NCBI GenBank assembly: GCA_964547375.1
Contig: CAZJMW010000002.1
Span: 1-44,445 of the forward strand
DNA from: an uncultured Dehalococcoidales bacterium
GTDB taxonomy: Bacteria; Chloroflexota; Dehalococcoidia; Dehalococcoidales; UBA5627
DNA length: 44,445 nt
Direction of reading: 5' to 3'
Shown: in pieces, positions 43,142-44,445 of the stretch
Layout: the number at the start of each line of letters is the position of its first letter
Position numbering within the stretch: the stretch's first letter is position 1
Notes under the pieces: generated by a model
What the model was told of the DNA's origin: nothing
The model's database searches: none
The model's input: the letters and a program-made list of their open reading frames with translations, nothing else
Program-made: the position numbers and the translations under genes

Positions 43142-44445
43142 TTACCACAGGTCTTCGATGTCTTTTTTGGCCTGCTCCGAATCGTTTACTGTATCCGAAA
43201 AGCCCTTGTACGACTCCGCACTGCCGTATTCGCGCGGCTGGAAGGCTACCGGCATGGGCACGGCGTGCCCGAAAATTAAAGCCTGCTGCTTGGCAGATAG
43301 TTTTGCCAGCACCGATTTCAGTTCGCTTTTACCCGATACGCCCGATAAAACACTGTCCATATCGCGCTCGTTATCCAGAAGGCAGGTAATCTTGGTGCCC
43401 ATCTGCGACATGATTTCCTCGTCGATGCCGCTGGGGCGCTGGTCGATAACCAGCAGGGTAACGTTGTATTTTCTCATCTCGCGTGCAATCGTCCCGAAAA
43501 TAGTCTTCTCGGCAATGTCGTGATTTAAAAACTTGTGGGCTTCCTCGATGGTGATAACCAGCGGAACAGGGGATTCGCCGGTGCCGCTCATGGCTTTCTC
43601 GGTCTTATCACGGTACTGCGAATAGATGCGCCTGGTCAGCAGATTGGCAACCAGTATATAGGCGGTAATATCGGTGTATCTGCCGAATTCCAGAACGACG
43701 TTGATGCCGCGGCTTAAATAATCGATAACCTTGTGAACGGCATTCTGTTCTGTTTTTTGTTGTATAAACGGCAGTCTCTTGATGGTATTCAAGCCCCTTT
43801 GCAGGTTCTGGAAGGTGCTTTCATGAATATTCAATCGGTTTAAAAGCTCCTTGGTTTCCTCTGAGTCATCCATCTCCGATGTGCGTATAAACCATTCGTT
43901 TCCGAACTTGCGGCGCATCTGGTAGATGGCTTCCACCGCCGGGTCGGTCAGGTTAAGTGTCTGCCTCAGCAGCGACATATCCTCCGGCTCGATTTCGTTA
44001 TATCCAATCTTTACTACGAAATCGGTGCTGACGCCGCGATTGCGTGAATTTTCCTCATCCAGCGTAAAGACAGCCACTTTGGAAGGGAACAACTGTTTTA
44101 ATGCTTTTACACTGCGTCCCTTTTCGCTGGTGCCTGCCCAGCCGTATTCGCTGTGCATATCGAAAACTAGGTTGACGCAGGCGCTTTTTTGCAGCATGCC
44201 AATCAGCAGCATGCGCGTTAAGAAAGTCTTGCCGGTACCGCTCTTGCCGAAGATGCCGTTGGAGCGTTTTACCAGTTCTGGCAGATTGATGCAGAGCTTG
44301 GTTTCCATGTCGAGCGGATTGCCTATCCAGAATCTCTCCTTATCCTCTTTACCGAAAACCAGTTCGATATCCCTATCCTCAGCCAGTTTCACCAGTGAAT
44401 AATGGCTGGGTACGGTTTTAACCGGCTGCGGGCCTTCCACCACGC
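43142..44445 (-). CDS. HerA-like (FtsK/HerA superfamily, DUF87) ATPase; N-terminus lies outside the window
   Basis: Walker A is GIFGKSGTGKTFL, Walker B is PLVITIEEAHKFL, and LLVIDQRPSGID is the HerA-type QRPS motif. The frame is open to the window edge and the usual N-terminal barrel domain is missing. Confidence 0.8.
   Translation of the reverse strand, partial: VVEGPQPVKTVPSHYSLVKLAEDRDIELVFGKEDKERFWIGNPLDMETKLCINLPELVKRSNGIFGKSGTGKTFLTRMLLIGMLQKSACVNLVFDMHSEYGWAGTSEKGRSVKALKQLFPSKVAVFTLDEENSRNRGVSTDFVVKIGYNEIEPEDMSLLRQTLNLTDPAVEAIYQMRRKFGNEWFIRTSEMDDSEETKELLNRLNIHESTFQNLQRGLNTIKRLPFIQQKTEQNAVHKVIDYLSRGINVVLEFGRYTDITAYILVANLLTRRIYSQYRDKTEKAMSGTGESPVPLVITIEEAHKFLNHDIAEKTIFGTIAREMRKYNVTLLVIDQRPSGIDEEIMSQMGTKITCLLDNERDMDSVLSGVSGKSELKSVLAKLSAKQQALIFGHAVPMPVAFQPREYGSAESYKGFSDTVNDSEQAKKDIEDLW

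Noticed and set aside
1-44445. CRISPR array, rRNA, tmRNA, RNase P or SRP RNA
   Set aside because: The repeats present are palindromic, irregularly spaced and heterogeneous rather than a fixed repeat-spacer lattice. I found none of the conserved cores I remember for the structured RNAs, such as GAGGAAAGTCC of RNase P or a tmRNA tag-and-CCA-end architecture.

Overview
This is a bacterial chromosomal window. Its housekeeping backbone has roughly mid-range G+C and is interrupted by several AT-rich accessory patches and by dense clusters of short palindromic repeats. I cannot assign a taxon. The content (Cys-type formate dehydrogenase with NuoG-like Fe-S domains, rubredoxin, ferredoxin, OYE flavoenzyme, Mo-cofactor genes) suggests an anaerobe, but that is inference only.

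Core genes recognised from their translations:
- Replication, repair and translation: ruvC, ruvA, rsmD, leuS, rsgA, tRNA-Ala(UGC).
- Metabolism and cofactors: fdhA (5'-truncated), acpS, moeA plus a MoeA-related protein, coaD, a ferredoxin, proC, acetolactate decarboxylase, catalase, ilvE.
- Regulators: a yebC-family gene, an AraC/GyrI regulator, an ECF sigma/anti-sigma pair, a MerR/TipAS regulator.
- Membrane and other: a macro-domain protein, cvpA, a rhomboid protease, mgtE, a CPA1 antiporter.

Accessory or unusual content:
1. An AT-rich five-ORF operon at 6305..9066. It encodes an RHH protein, LemA, a Nudix::metallophosphoesterase fusion, a 2H phosphoesterase and a 37-aa membrane peptide. 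It has its own consensus-like promoter and operator and is bracketed by 52-bp identical direct repeats. This is my best candidate for an undescribed system.
2. A stand-alone wHTH-GHKL ATPase-STAS (DUF4325-like) fusion protein.
3. An intact IS6-like insertion sequence (25936..27284) with 20-bp terminal inverted repeats, an exact 8-bp target duplication and an unexplained 0.33-kb 3' segment.
4. A translationally coupled DUF1538-DUF1538-PII-like triad.
5. A consensus promoter, a roughly 140-nt leader and an intrinsic terminator in front of mgtE. The leader does not look like an M-box.
6. A HerA-like ATPase, truncated by the window edge, in an operon with a patatin-like phospholipase next to tRNA-Ala.
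7. A higBA pair.
8. An exported ferritin-like (DUF2202) lipoprotein fused to a rubredoxin.

All domain calls rest on motifs read directly from the supplied translations. No database search was possible.
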